64,000 nt of DNA, taken from assembly GCA_965644295.1 (NCBI GenBank), contig CBFFRP010000247.1, forward strand, positions 62,001-126,000, given 5' to 3'. Position numbers and translations under genes: made by a program. Each line of letters begins with the position of its first letter. The first letter of the stretch is position 1. The stretch is from Paraphysomonas bandaiensis (lineage: Eukaryota; Protista; Chrysophyceae). This document shows, piece after piece, positions 26,358 through 39,155 of the stretch. The notes beneath the pieces were generated by a model. The model was not told where the DNA came from and did not search any database. It saw nothing but the letters and a program-made list of their open reading frames with translations.

Positions 26358-27599
26358 AAATATCTTTTATATTTTCTTAATCTTTATTTATGTGTCGGAG
26401 ATTTCGAATGAGTTGACTTTTTGAATTTATTAATTTATACAGATACAAATTACTCGCATGATTTTATCAAACTTCTATATACATACATTCTATACCTTTA
26501 GTATTCTTCCTTTCTAGAGAAGGACATGCTTTCGAACGACAATCCCGAGAAAGAGCAAGCGACCTATTACACAGCCCACTTAATGTGCTCAAATTTGACA
26601 TTTATTTGGGATTGAAAACTTGGTCAACTCAATATTATAGTATTATATACTATAGAAATTTACCAGGGTTCGGGAACAATATATTGGAAAATATATTGAT
26701 TGGTGGGCCGACAAAAAGTTTCATCGATATTGTTTTCGTTAAAGTAGCTCACAAGATCACCGCCCTTGTAGACGATAGACGACCTGAGAATGTTTGAAAG
26801 CGTCTCGAAGGTGCTTCAAACAGGAGGCTCAAGTCAAGAGTCAAGTGAATCTTTATGAATGCCGGAACATTTTTGATGGCTGTGGGACTTCGGGACTAAG
26901 TATCCCCTATCTGCTTTAAAGAAAAACAATTTTATTATTAATGATCAGAATTTTGAGAATGGAACGTGTTAAGCGTAATTAATTCAGGGATGTTGTGTCT
27001 GCATTTTTTACTTCATGTATGTGTTGACTGTGCATAATATATATGATAGTTACACGTTGATGTGAGATTCTCATATGTATTATTACAGTAGATATATATG
27101 AAAAGTAACAATATAATTCAGTATTTTTGTAAAATACTTTAAAAATAATATATAATTGATAGTATATAACAACTAAATTATAGTTAATATTAACACAGAC
27201 TTCAAATAAGTACTTATATGAAACCTGGTGAAATCACGTTACCAGGCTTCACAATCACACCGACTTATTGCAAAAATTCAAGCTGGTGAATAATTTGAGT
27301 GGACAAGATCTGAGAGAGATGACGTTAGAATATATCTCCGTTCAGACAGTGATTATTGCAACAATACAGAGGATGATGAAGCTGATGTTGGCTATGTGGA
27401 AAAAATTCTTCAGTAAGCCCAAAAATTAAGAAACGAAAAGTTGAAATATCTATGTACAGGTGCACGAGTCATGTAGTAGTATGTACTTCCATTACATGTG
27501 AAAGCCTGTTCAGCGATACCATGAATGTACCGCAGAAATTTATTCCTTAAACAAGTCAGTGTAGACTGTCATTTTGCATGCTACCATAATATTCGATAT

Positions 27600-27940
27600 C
27601 CCTTGATTTTTGAGCACTGCGCATCGGATACTTGTGTCTATAACTATAAATATGATTATAAATTTTGCAATTATAAGCATGTACGTGGATGATGTATTAT
27701 TAGCTGCACCTACTGTAGATCTTTTCTATCTAAATTTAGTTATAGCATGAAAAGTTCAGTAAAAACGATTCAAGTAATATTGAAGGTCTGATAATTGTGT
27801 GTGCTAGTCGTAACTAGGGATTTTACAATTGTGTTTAAGTAACACGATTTAAGTGAAAAGTGGATTGGTTATTGGGTATTCGTATTTATACTTCATCTGA
27901 TAGACATGAAATTTACTTATCTCAGGCTCAATATAAGGAA
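27600..27940 (+). pseudogene. Degenerate Copia reverse-transcriptase relic
   Basis: Frameshifted fragments ASDTCVY, IISMYVDDVLLA, DWLLGIRI and IYLSQAQY, colinear with Copia RT motifs. Confidence 0.7.
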
Positions 27941-28402
27941 TAGTATCCCTGGTGTTGATGATGTGAATGCCCCGACTATTCCTATACGTCTTCAGAAGCA
28001 TTGCTGCATGCATCTAGCAGCAGCGTGTCAAGAAAACTTTCTGTTTACACACGACGACATCGTCGTGTGTGTTCTACTGTGCATTCAAGTACGACAGTAA
28101 CTCCCCGACTTGGATTTGATAAAAAAATACTATCTTATTACTATTCTCAGCAGGACCGTCTCCTACAATAAAACATTACAGTTCATAAATCATAATAATA
28201 TCAATCCGCTGGTCAAAACAATATAATCACAGACAGTTAACAGTATATTGACATGCCAGATTACATGGCCGTTGACACTAGCTACTATGTATTTGACCTT
28301 CATATTTGTAGCCTCAAACATTCAGATAGCAAACGTAATACCATATTGTAGATCCATCTGCCTCACATATATCCCTATTTACACCTTTTCCATTTATTTC
28401 AC

Positions 28403-31400
28403 CTAGGGTGATATTTTTAACTCTTCATAACCACCTTGGGTGGTTCCTGTTGCGGTCGACCGATCATCAAGAAACATCTCACTCATAGTGAGCTCGCTGA
28501 AGTCAGTACTGACTTCATCCCACTGATTGTGGGAGCCATCGGTAACAGAAGGTCCCATCGGTAAAGCGCCCAAGACATCTTTGACTTCACTGCAATGTGA
28601 TTCCGATGCCGTTTCACTCTTTTCGGAATAAGACAGCGGCTTGCTATCGCTTGAACCCATGCTAACTTCGCAATCATACTTTATACTTTCTTCTTCACTG
28701 GTAGACGTCAGCTCTCTATCGTGAATTAACGACCGCCCCGATTGTACAAGACGCTTGGATGACACGTACATGTGTGTCGGAGCCCGCCAGACAATCTTGT
28801 TCATCAATTTCGTGACGGGTTCATCAGTGCTATCTGCGAATACAAAGTCTTTTACGTTAGATTTTACTTTCAATCGCGTGATATCCCTAGGGATAAAGGG
28901 TTTACTTTTGTTTTTACCCATTGGATCAGTGGCTTCGGAATGAACACTGAAGTCGAATGTTTGGGCTGTCAACCCCATACTGAGATTCATATTTTTCCAG
29001 ACTTTATCATGCTCCTCGCGCAGTGACACATTCCTGTCCCCATTGCACTTCTTCGAGGTTGATGTCGAGCGTGACATCCGAAAACTTGAAGTGGGAGTAG
29101 TCCTCTGTGGAACTGGAGAACACGTAGCCAACTTGGCTTCCATTTTGCGCTTCGGTAAGAGGTAGCCGTAACGATAAAGCATTCCAAGACACAGTAATAC
29201 ATATGGTAATGCGAGGAGGTATGGAGATACTTCGTATAAATAGCCATTGGCAATGATAAAGCAACACCAAGCTGTCGGAATAATAACATCCAGTAGACAC
29301 TCCTGTACCATTTCGTGACTCAGAGCTATCGCGACAGGTATGGCAATGCACAACAATGTCAGTTTTCCCATTTTATTATCTCTATTACCACGACACAGTG
29401 CGACATCCTTGTCGTCAAGTCTCATCAAAAGCTGAGACGCGGGTAGATGTTTAAGTTTTTCAGTTCTCGCAGCACGGCATGATGCTGAAAGATGTTGAAC
29501 AACTCGCACGTCATCATACACCTCATTGTCGTCGCCATTACATACCTTCACGTTCATGATATAGTTCAACGTATGGTATATTTTCTTTAACTGTGGTCGC
29601 AAATTCTCAATCACAAACACATGAGTCACCATCACCAAGATTACTTCATTGATAAAGACATCCTGAATAACAGCAATTACTACCTGGGCTCCCCAGGCCA
29701 CCATGGTCACACGAGAATGCATTGCAGCCCACTGCAATATCCAATACATACAAAACAACCATATCGAGATTATAAGTGCCCAACACATCAACCAGGTAGT
29801 CCCATCAACTTCTGCAGGGTTGGCATTATCGAATTGGAAAAACTGCTTTCGTAGCAAAAAGCGCTTCATGGGAGATATCTGTTCCAAAATAAAGTGTTGA
29901 ATGAGTGCCGTGTCCCTGCAACCCTCTTCTCCCTCAATGAAAGTCTCCATATCGGCTTGTATATCCTGTACTTGATCACGAACACGCGACAATTTCCATT
30001 CGATGCGCTCCCGAGCCGTGTGGAAAAGAACTCGCTGTTTAAGTGAAAGAGGTTCCGGAGTGCCATCAACATAAACGCCGAGGGCTCTCTGGATGGCATC
30101 TAAGTTCGCCTTGCGATCATCAGACAACTCACTTACTCTCCACGGATAAGACGTGGATGCAGTTGCTTTGTTCAAAAATGCATCGACATCGGCAAGTAAA
30201 ATGTTAGCTTCCTCTTCAACAGAAAGATGATCGTAGTAAGTGTGGAGCTCCATATGGCGCTTAAACTCAGAATGTTTATAGTCCCCTAACATATGAGATA
30301 TACTTTTATGAAGTTCAGATAGTTCACGATATTGTTGGATAGAGCTTTTCTGGGTCGAAGCTGCGCCCCATCGTGGCTTCTGCGACGCGTAGTCTTCTAT
30401 GATATGCGCAACAATCACTTGTGGTAATACTGACAAGAGACTCACAGACACGGCCACCACCATGTAGAACTGTACACTTGACGGTGGGGGACGGAGGGTA
30501 CATGTTTCTTCATCGCTATCCCACACACACTTTTTAAGTGCACTTGAATAGGGAGACGGGTCACTTTCACATTCCTCGACACTCGTGTTGTTGTACTCCT
30601 CGCAAGATTGGTCGTCAGGAAAAAGAATACCGAAGAATAACGCGTCGACAAAAAGAATGATAAGAACGTATGTACAAACTATAAAATAACGATGTACGCG
30701 TGAGAGACGCAGAGAAGGGTACGTAAATATGCGAATCCAGTCGTGTTCTCGTACTACTGCTGTAAAAAAACGGGACAAAGGGTCCTTTTCAGCCAACAAA
30801 CTCGATGGCGGAAGCGCTTCGTCAAAATATTGCCCCACTTTCTCGGTGAGATACATAAATAAGCCCGGCCGAGGCCTGCGTACATCTTCAGCTATTTTCG
30901 GCAGTTTGGATTGGGAATTCGGTATAATAGATTTCTTGCCATATTTCGTACTTGACTCGATTTCTTCGAAGTTGACTTTCGGGCTCTCCCGTGAAGATGA
31001 CTCGACACTTATAACATGAATGTCATTGGTATTATCATCTGAATCAAACGAATCAATGTGTTTTGTGAAAAACCTTTCAGCGTTTCCGCTTCTAAGGGAA
31101 GGCGATCGCTGTGACGAATTCGACACAGATGTAGTACATTCAGAGTACAGACTCTTCTCAGACAATTCATCATTAGCGCTGTCACGAGATTGACCACAAG
31201 GTGGTGTTGAGGTATTTTGGCCCACAGAATGATCGACACCACGTGAAAACTTAGATACGTCAGTTTCAGACATGATCCTAGAACGTGTGATGCTTTCCAT
31301 GGTTGCTACCTTCACAGGACGCTGCTTTGTGCCACGCTTCTGAACACCGAATATCTTCCAGTACCGAGGCGTCATAAAAGCACTGCTTAAATCCAGCTTT

Positions 31401-34400
31401 CTCGGTGCATTGATTTCAATAACATCGCTTTTCCTAGATACTTTATCTGCACCATATGCTTTCTGCACATATCGTATATAATTTGCATCATACTCGTCCC
31501 AATAACTCAGCCATATGATAGTAATTATCATGATAAAGAACATCACACTAAGAACAGTTAAAAGTGGTATCATCGCCTGCATATTTGTAATAATATCTGC
31601 GGGGTTATTCAGAAGCGTTGTAGTCAATTCAGTACCGATGGAATTAACCATCGCGCCATACTCAAGGAGATTTGAGCTTGCACCTTCTCCGTCGTCATCT
31701 CCTTCTTCATATTCGAAATCAAGTCGACGTCGAAGAACATCATAATGATAGTAGTGGGGATGGTCGGTGTTCATATCATTCAATGCTTGTAGTCTACGCC
31801 TAGATGATGTTGGCGGACATAGATCGATCAGATTTGAACACTCGAATTTCACTTCGTACTCAGTGTAGGATAGAACTTCGCAGGGACAAGAGCTAAGCGA
31901 ACCTTCCGTAAAAGTTGTGCAGGAGGGGTCAGCCTTGGACCAATTCTGAGGTGAATTGTATTGCATTACTAACTCATAGGTGGTGTTGTATTCTTCATCA
32001 ATTGTTGGCTCGTCGATTGTTTCGCCCACGCTCACCGACGTGAATCGTAGCACGCGGGACGAGAGCGTTCTCAATGATGTCGAATTGATAGTGGAGATAT
32101 AGGGGTTGTTACTCCACTCAAGCATTGATAGCCGCACATACTGACCATCTGAGGCACTGGCCCCGCACGCCTTCAAACCAGACGCTGGAAGCAAAATAGC
32201 GGGCAAATTATCGGAAACATCCGAAGCAGGGGGTGTCAAAAGTCCATTTGACAAGTCTTCCGCATCACCATAGCTCACCGACATTTTGACACCACTGCTG
32301 ACAATTTCATACGTACTTTCACCCCCAACCATGCTGCTGCTCACACTAGATATAATAGAATCCGCTGTTTCACTGATTTCATACTCAATCATTTCTACGA
32401 GTGACAACTTTGTATCATCATCACCGATGGCGCCATCTTCAAGCATAAGTGATAGAGCGGATGTAAAACTAGATAAAACATTGCCCAAGCTTGCATGTGG
32501 AGAAGTATAGAGCTCATTGAGAAGGCCCTCGTTGCTAAGGTATCCCATGTCGGTAATATTTTTGAGCAGACGCAACACAGATAGGCACGACACAAGCACA
32601 TCAGTAGTAACGACATCAGTTGGGTCAAAAGCAGTTGACAGAGTTGATGACAAAGCCGCCATGAGTTCATCTGAGGGGTCAGTATTCGTAATTAAATACT
32701 CCAAAGATTGGCACATAAGTGTGCGTGTATTGGAACGGTTGGCGTACTCTGCTAAGGTTAGCCCGCACCCTGCCCCATAGAAATCCGCGCTACACGAACA
32801 TCGCGCAACACAAGAACTATCGTCTACAATACATGTATCTCGCTTCGCCAGACTGCTTGTCGCAACGAATGAGCACACACCGTGGCCAGAGCAGATCGTA
32901 TTGGCGACATCAGTTGGACAAGACTTCTCCGGCTGAGAACATGTGCCAAACAAACATACTAGTGGGGCACAGTCCATATCAGTATCGCAAAGGCTACCCA
33001 TAGAGCTATGTACATTTAATTCAGTTTCTTCAACACAAGCCGTGTTTGAACTGCCATACACACCACTGTAACCGTCCACACAAACACCGCAGGTATTTGC
33101 AACAGAGTCGCATGGAAAGCGATGCAGAGCAGTGCAGTCAGGTGCATCAGAGCAATCCACCGCACTCAATGCCAGAGCTCCAGTGTTCACCGTCTGGACT
33201 ATTGCTATCAAGTCTCCAGATAAGACTGCCGCGTTAACAAACGATTCCAGTGATGACACATACGCTGATGTCTCTCCATCATAAGATATAATGGTCGTAG
33301 AGCTGTCCTCAGCAGCTCCATACGCATCAGTGACACGAACTGAGCATATGATCGTATAATTTTGACTTCTCAGCCCACTGGGCATGATGGTGTGTATATT
33401 CGATTTCTGACTCGCCAAAGCAAGGGTCATCGCCGGGGCTATTGTATTATTCCCAGACTTCGTGGCAACTAACTTGTAGTAAAAAGTATAGTACAACGGA
33501 TAATCGTCTATATCATCAATCCAATACGGAGCATCGAAAAAATACAGAGTCTCCATTCCAATACCTTCAGTGGGAGATATACGAAGTTCTCCAGAGGATG
33601 GTGGACCATTCGCAGTAACTGTCAGTTCTGAATATAGGACATCCGACGTACTCATATCAGAATACAATATAGCAGTACTCAAACGAAAAGTATAGGAACT
33701 TCCGCTGACGAATGAATTGGGTACACAACTCAGTGGATAGCTTTGACTAGCATTCGCGAATATCTTGCTCACAGGAGTACGGACGTACGACTGCAGCGGA
33801 AGGGGATTTCCACTGTCGTCGTACAACTCCCACGTTGCTAGTACACTGCTTGTGGAGCCCGCAGTGCGTGAAATCTGCCCTAAGATCTGCAATATTGAAC
33901 TCGAAGAAAACTTCTTTATAGACGTGGAAATAGTAGGGTGTGCAATATCCCCCTCAATATCAGCCACTTGTACAGTGGTTGTATCATATTGGAACCCCCC
34001 ATCAGCTGCAAATGCCGCAGCAGTGAATGTATATTCCACTCCACCAATCATCCCTTCCACATTGATAGGGACTGTGCTTTCAACAGGAACATAGCTAGGC
34101 TGCGACACACTTAACAGCGAATCACAAGATTGACCGAAATTCATTCCGTCAACTGCTTTCAGCATACCAGTTACAGCACAGCTCCATGACAGCATCAGTG
34201 AGTTTGAAGTTGACTCCCAAGGAGCAACATCTTCCTGAACAGAATTTGATGCATCCAATTCTAACGTACTGGTGGGAGAAATGAGAAGAGTACTCGCGCC
34301 TCTGATGGATACATACACACTGCCCACATCTACAGTAAGGGACAATGAAGCTACATTCGACGCACCATTTTCAAGGGTAGCATAAACGTAGATCCGATAT

Positions 34401-37311
34401 TCTGCACCAGCATCAAGTGTGTATGGGTTAAGTTTAAATTTACTTGGGTCTGGGCTGACAGATTTAATATGGGATTGTAACACTGTTCCCTTGTAGATTT
34501 TCCACGAAAACCTAGTTCGATTAGACGCGGAACACTTCGGAAGCTTCGCAACGGCTTGCGCAGAAAACGGATCAAAGCGATTAATTCTTCTCAATGTCGA
34601 ACCGTCGATTGAAACAGAGGGTCTAGAATATAGAGATGAGCTCAGAACATTCACGGTTACGGACCGCGATGCCACACCGAGAGTCCCGTTGCGCATGAAA
34701 TTACTTAACGTGAGAGTAATGGTGTAGGTAGTTACCGACAAAAGGGAGAAAGGGACTTCGGTAGGAGCTGATGTGACAGTTGTTTTATTTAAAACCTTCA
34801 CGATATTACTCACATCACTCTTGTCTGCTGCAGACACCTTCCACTCAATAGCCTTCCATGCTCGTCCTCCATTTCCCGTGGATGCGGATGCATCCAACAC
34901 CAAGTCTGTCTGACACTCTCCACCGGGCTGAGAAGAGCTCAAATATACAATGGGCTGCAGAATGGTCTCCGGAAAGTCCACAGCTATGGACTGAGTACTA
35001 GAATAAATATTTCGAGTACATGATGTGACACCACTGCATGATGCCTTGATTGTGTTGGAACGCAACGTGATAACATCTTCCGGTTCCAACATTGATAGCA
35101 TTTGCCTATCTTTCACTCCTGTGCACAATCCAGAGCCGCAAAAAGTAATGGTAACACACCTGTCACTCAGCCAAGTACACGACGCGTACTGTACACCAAT
35201 AAATGAAAAGACCTCTCTACATTCCCACTCAGTATTGGATGATGAGCCCAGTACAGTTTTAGCATAATCAGTGCTGGAGTCAAAGCATACAGTCACCGAT
35301 TGTCCACTTTTGCTAAAAACCGCGCTGCGAAAGTCCGGCGGCGGCAGGCTATCGAATTCACCAATGACTTGTAACTTATGAGGAGGAGGGGATTTGTACT
35401 TCGTCGCCCCAGGACCAGTAATGTTCAAGACCACGAAATATATACGATGCGGATTCATTGGGTTAACTATGAACGACCGCAACAACCCATTGTTTCGGTT
35501 CGTAATGGAGAAATCAAAACCAGAGGGGGTAGATGTTATATTACCGACAACAGCACCTGATTCTTCCAGGAATAACGGTGTCACCGTAATAGCTGAGTCT
35601 TCCTCCGGAAACGCTTGTATATCAAACTGGAATATATACTTGGAGTTTGACGCTCCATACACACCATACTTTACGAATGTCGGGGCAGAAATGTATGAGA
35701 TTTCTCGACAACATAAGGTACGGTTGATCGTTTGTGTGATTAAAACTTCTTGTTGAGTGATACCAATGCCTGAAGAGTCTTCTATATAGCAATACACGCT
35801 GTATCCAGTAGAAGCGACCAAATTTGTAATATTCACCACAACACGGACAAACTCATGTGCACTGCCAGGAGGAACAATAACTGAATATCCTTCTGCTTTC
35901 AGTGCCGATCTGGTTATCGTTGTGACAGCAACCTCTTCCTCAGTAAACGCATTGCAATAGACTTGCCCTCCAATTGGGGTAGTTGATACATTTATTTCCA
36001 CCAGAGCATTAGTGCGAGCCGCAACGACAGATAACGATTCTATCGTGGGACTATTCTGCGCTACTAACTCTCGCGATGAAAACGACATAACCATAAAATA
36101 TTTTGATAGGGTAGAGGACGTCCCAACAATGCAGGATCCGCCTGTATATAAGGCAACAATACCCATCTCCGGCCTGCTGCATATCTTGGATGTTGCAGAC
36201 AACACGGAAGATAACTTGTCGCACCCAATACACAAAAAACCAGAAGACGCTGTCCATTCCACACCACCACATGAAAACGATCTGCTACGTTGAATTGAAT
36301 TTCCAGCCAATACGTCCACCAACATACTTGTCACTGTCAGGTTAGTGCAAGTGTAGTTGTACGAGAATCTCGTACTGTTAGAATGCGACACTCCAGAAAA
36401 TACAACCGACGCTTGATAATACTCGAGCTCAAATGGTGTTACCAAATTTCCAGAGATAAATTCTGCAAACGATTCATCTACTCTAGATGTATCTTCAAGG
36501 CTGTTTACGGCGTAAGACATAGTAGGCTCATTATCACCGTGAGAGATAGTCTGCAGTGCATTTCCTAGGTCTGCGTTGGAATTGTAAGCCTCATAAGCAG
36601 TTACGACTGCATAGGTTGGCAACGTAGTAGGTGCACTAGTAGGAAGCTTCGTTGGAAAAGCCGTGGGTGAACGAGTGGGCTTCTTAGTGGGGCTGACAGT
36701 CGGATGTGTTGTCGGTGGAGGCGTCGTTGGATGCAACGACGGTAAAGGAGTTGGTGAAATAGTGGGGGTAGTGGTTGGTCGATAGGAAGGTGAAGATGTT
36801 GGAGTTGGAGTTGGTTCCAGGGTAGGATGTAAAGTCGGAGCACCACTAGGTGTTACTGTGGGCAAATTTGTGGGACTTCTGGTAGGCTTTCGTGTTGGTC
36901 TTAGTGTTGGAATCGGGGAGATTGTTGGATGTCCACGACTAACATCGTAAGTTTCACAATTATCGTCTGGTATTCTGTAAGGGTAATCATCGCATATACA
37001 GCTTGTTCCATCTGAATTACACACTCCAACATCGTGACAATATATATTCCTTTCATTGGGGCTGCATATTTGACCCTCCTCTAACTCAGGCCCGATATGG
37101 TATGTGCTGCAATACTCACTGGCCCAATAGTTATATGGGTTATAACAGACACATCCTGTACCAGAGGAATCACAGGCCCCTCTCTCATTACACTGTGGTT
37201 CATTAGGGGTGTTTGGTACACATGATATAGCCTGAGTTCGAGTGTATAAGGAGTGTACGTGTATAACGATACTAATACAACACAGAGCGATCAAGTGATA
37301 TGTGAGCTTCA
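28403..37311 (-). CDS. Very large single-ORF PKD/REJ-like multi-pass surface protein (~2970 aa), paralog of 13196-23468
   Basis: Signal peptide MKLTYHLIALCCISIVIHVHS, EGF-like repeats and PT stalk. REJ-like LELDASNS and DYPLYYTFYY. Cys cluster DCS.APDC..LHR..C...CG.C shared with the paralog. Multiple TM helices. Confidence 0.85.
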
Positions 37312-37424
37312 TGCTCTTGTATATGGCAACCACAGAGGAGCCTCTTTTATATCTGTGGTGAGTCTTATGTTTTCAATGATACAGAAGGGATAAATTAATA
37401 TACTTCACTGTTACTTAAGATGAC

Positions 37425-37454
37425 TGTATGTATGTATGTATGTATGTATGTATG
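37425..37454. repeat. Short (GTAT)n tract
   Basis: About 7 units, ~115 bp upstream of the REJ-like gene start. Confidence 0.9.
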
Positions 37455-37769
37455 AGGAGGGAACACACACAGAACTCTATGGGTGATGTATGGTACATAT
37501 ATACCGCACTGTACAGAGACATACACACAAGCTGTGCATACGAAGAGATGGTATACAGCTATTGTGAGGGAGAGCGGGTGTGAAAAAAACTTTTTTTTCT
37601 CTCTTCTTCAATCTTCTTTGATCGCGATTACAAAACTTGCTCACCTACATTAAACAGTACCATAAACCCACAATTACCATGATAAGCACTGCAAATCAAG
37701 GTGATTTCTTCTACAATGTGTTGAAGCAACCTTCTCTCACATGTTTGTCATTCGCAGCACCATATTTAC

Positions 37770-38801
37770 ATGTATTCCGAGGCTTTCCGTCTTTTAATTT
37801 TGGATGTGTTTGATCACTCTCTGGAAATCACAAATTCTGTGGCCGCATCACTAGATCATATATACGAGAAATACGATGTGTCCCAAAGCACAGTTAGAAG
37901 GTGGTTGGACAAATATCTGGACACTGGATCAGTTAAACCAGAGTCTTCACACCATTCGCACCACACTGTCATTTCACTCGAGCATATCAATTTTGTTAAA
38001 GAGTTGCTGGCAGAAAATTCAACTTATTCCAACGAAGAATTATGCGAAAAGGTTTTTAATGTGTACGGCGTGGCGTACTTGGAGCACCAAATGAAGCATG
38101 CCATGAACACTGAGGGCTATACCGTAAAAGTTTGTCAAAGAATTTCCCACAACAGAAATGAGGGCTTGAGGCGTTACTATAAGAATAATTTGGCCCGATC
38201 ATTGGATGAAATTCCAGCTCGCTGCTATGCTGTTGTGGACGAATCACATCTCAAGCCGGCAGAAGTTCTACGCCGATATGGGCGTTCACCACATGGCTAC
38301 CCTGCCTTCGTGAGTGGTGATGTTATAGGCCACTTCAATCCCCAAGTTAGTTGTTGTGCCATTGCTGCAATGTCTATCGAAGGAGTTTTTGCTGTTACTG
38401 TACACGAAGAAAATGTTGATCATAATACATTTCTAGATGCCCTAGAACATGACATCTTTCCCCACATGAACCCTTTTCCTGGGGATCGCAGTGTGCTGCT
38501 CATGGATAATGCTTCGACGCACGTGAAGATAGATATTTATAATATGTGTGCAGAATTCGGCGTGATGGTTGTGTTTCTCCCCCCTTATTCTTATGATTTT
38601 TCACCAATTGAACCCGTATTTCATCTTGCCAAAGCGCACATTAGAAAGAAGTGGGGAATTATGTACGCATATAAACCACTTGCAGCTCAACTACATGAAG
38701 CTTTGTGGTCATGCTGTACTGCCGAAACTGCGTGCAATTTATTCAATCGAGTGGATATTACCGTTACTTGGAAAGAACAGTGCGAAGCCTGTAACTATTG
38801 A
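37770..38801 (+). CDS. IS630/Tc1-type DD34E transposase (343 aa)
   Basis: HTH VSQSTVRRW; catalytic VVDES, LMDNASTH and FLPPYSYDFSPIE, with 34 residues between D2 and E. Confidence 0.93.
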   Translation: MYSEAFRLLILDVFDHSLEITNSVAASLDHIYEKYDVSQSTVRRWLDKYLDTGSVKPESSHHSHHTVISLEHINFVKELLAENSTYSNEELCEKVFNVYGVAYLEHQMKHAMNTEGYTVKVCQRISHNRNEGLRRYYKNNLARSLDEIPARCYAVVDESHLKPAEVLRRYGRSPHGYPAFVSGDVIGHFNPQVSCCAIAAMSIEGVFAVTVHEENVDHNTFLDALEHDIFPHMNPFPGDRSVLLMDNASTHVKIDIYNMCAEFGVMVVFLPPYSYDFSPIEPVFHLAKAHIRKKWGIMYAYKPLAAQLHEALWSCCTAETACNLFNRVDITVTWKEQCEACNY

Positions 38802-39155
38802 TCATTTGCAGATTATACTCTATACTCTACTCACTAGTTACTAATATAGATGTACTGATGATTGAATGTGATATGCTTGCTACTACTTCGTGATAGAATA
38901 TGATTAATTATACGCAATAGATTCAAGTAATATTAATAAATCAAAAAAACAAAATTTTGAAAAGTTTGTGGAGAATTTAAAATATCAGTTCATACAGTTG
39001 CATACTAAGAAGAAAAAAGAAAATCGGTTAGTGAGTCTAAACCTAAATTTCGATGCATCGGAGCGTATGTGTTAAATTCATCCAAAAATTACCAAGATTC
39101 GAAATAAATAATAAATGAGACCCGGCAGATAACGATTGACTGCAATCTGTTCTAT

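Noticed and set aside
28483-37206. Numerous short antisense or alternative-frame ORFs inside the long genes, the Copia element and COPG
   Set aside because: Shadow ORFs overlapping well-supported CDSs, with no motifs
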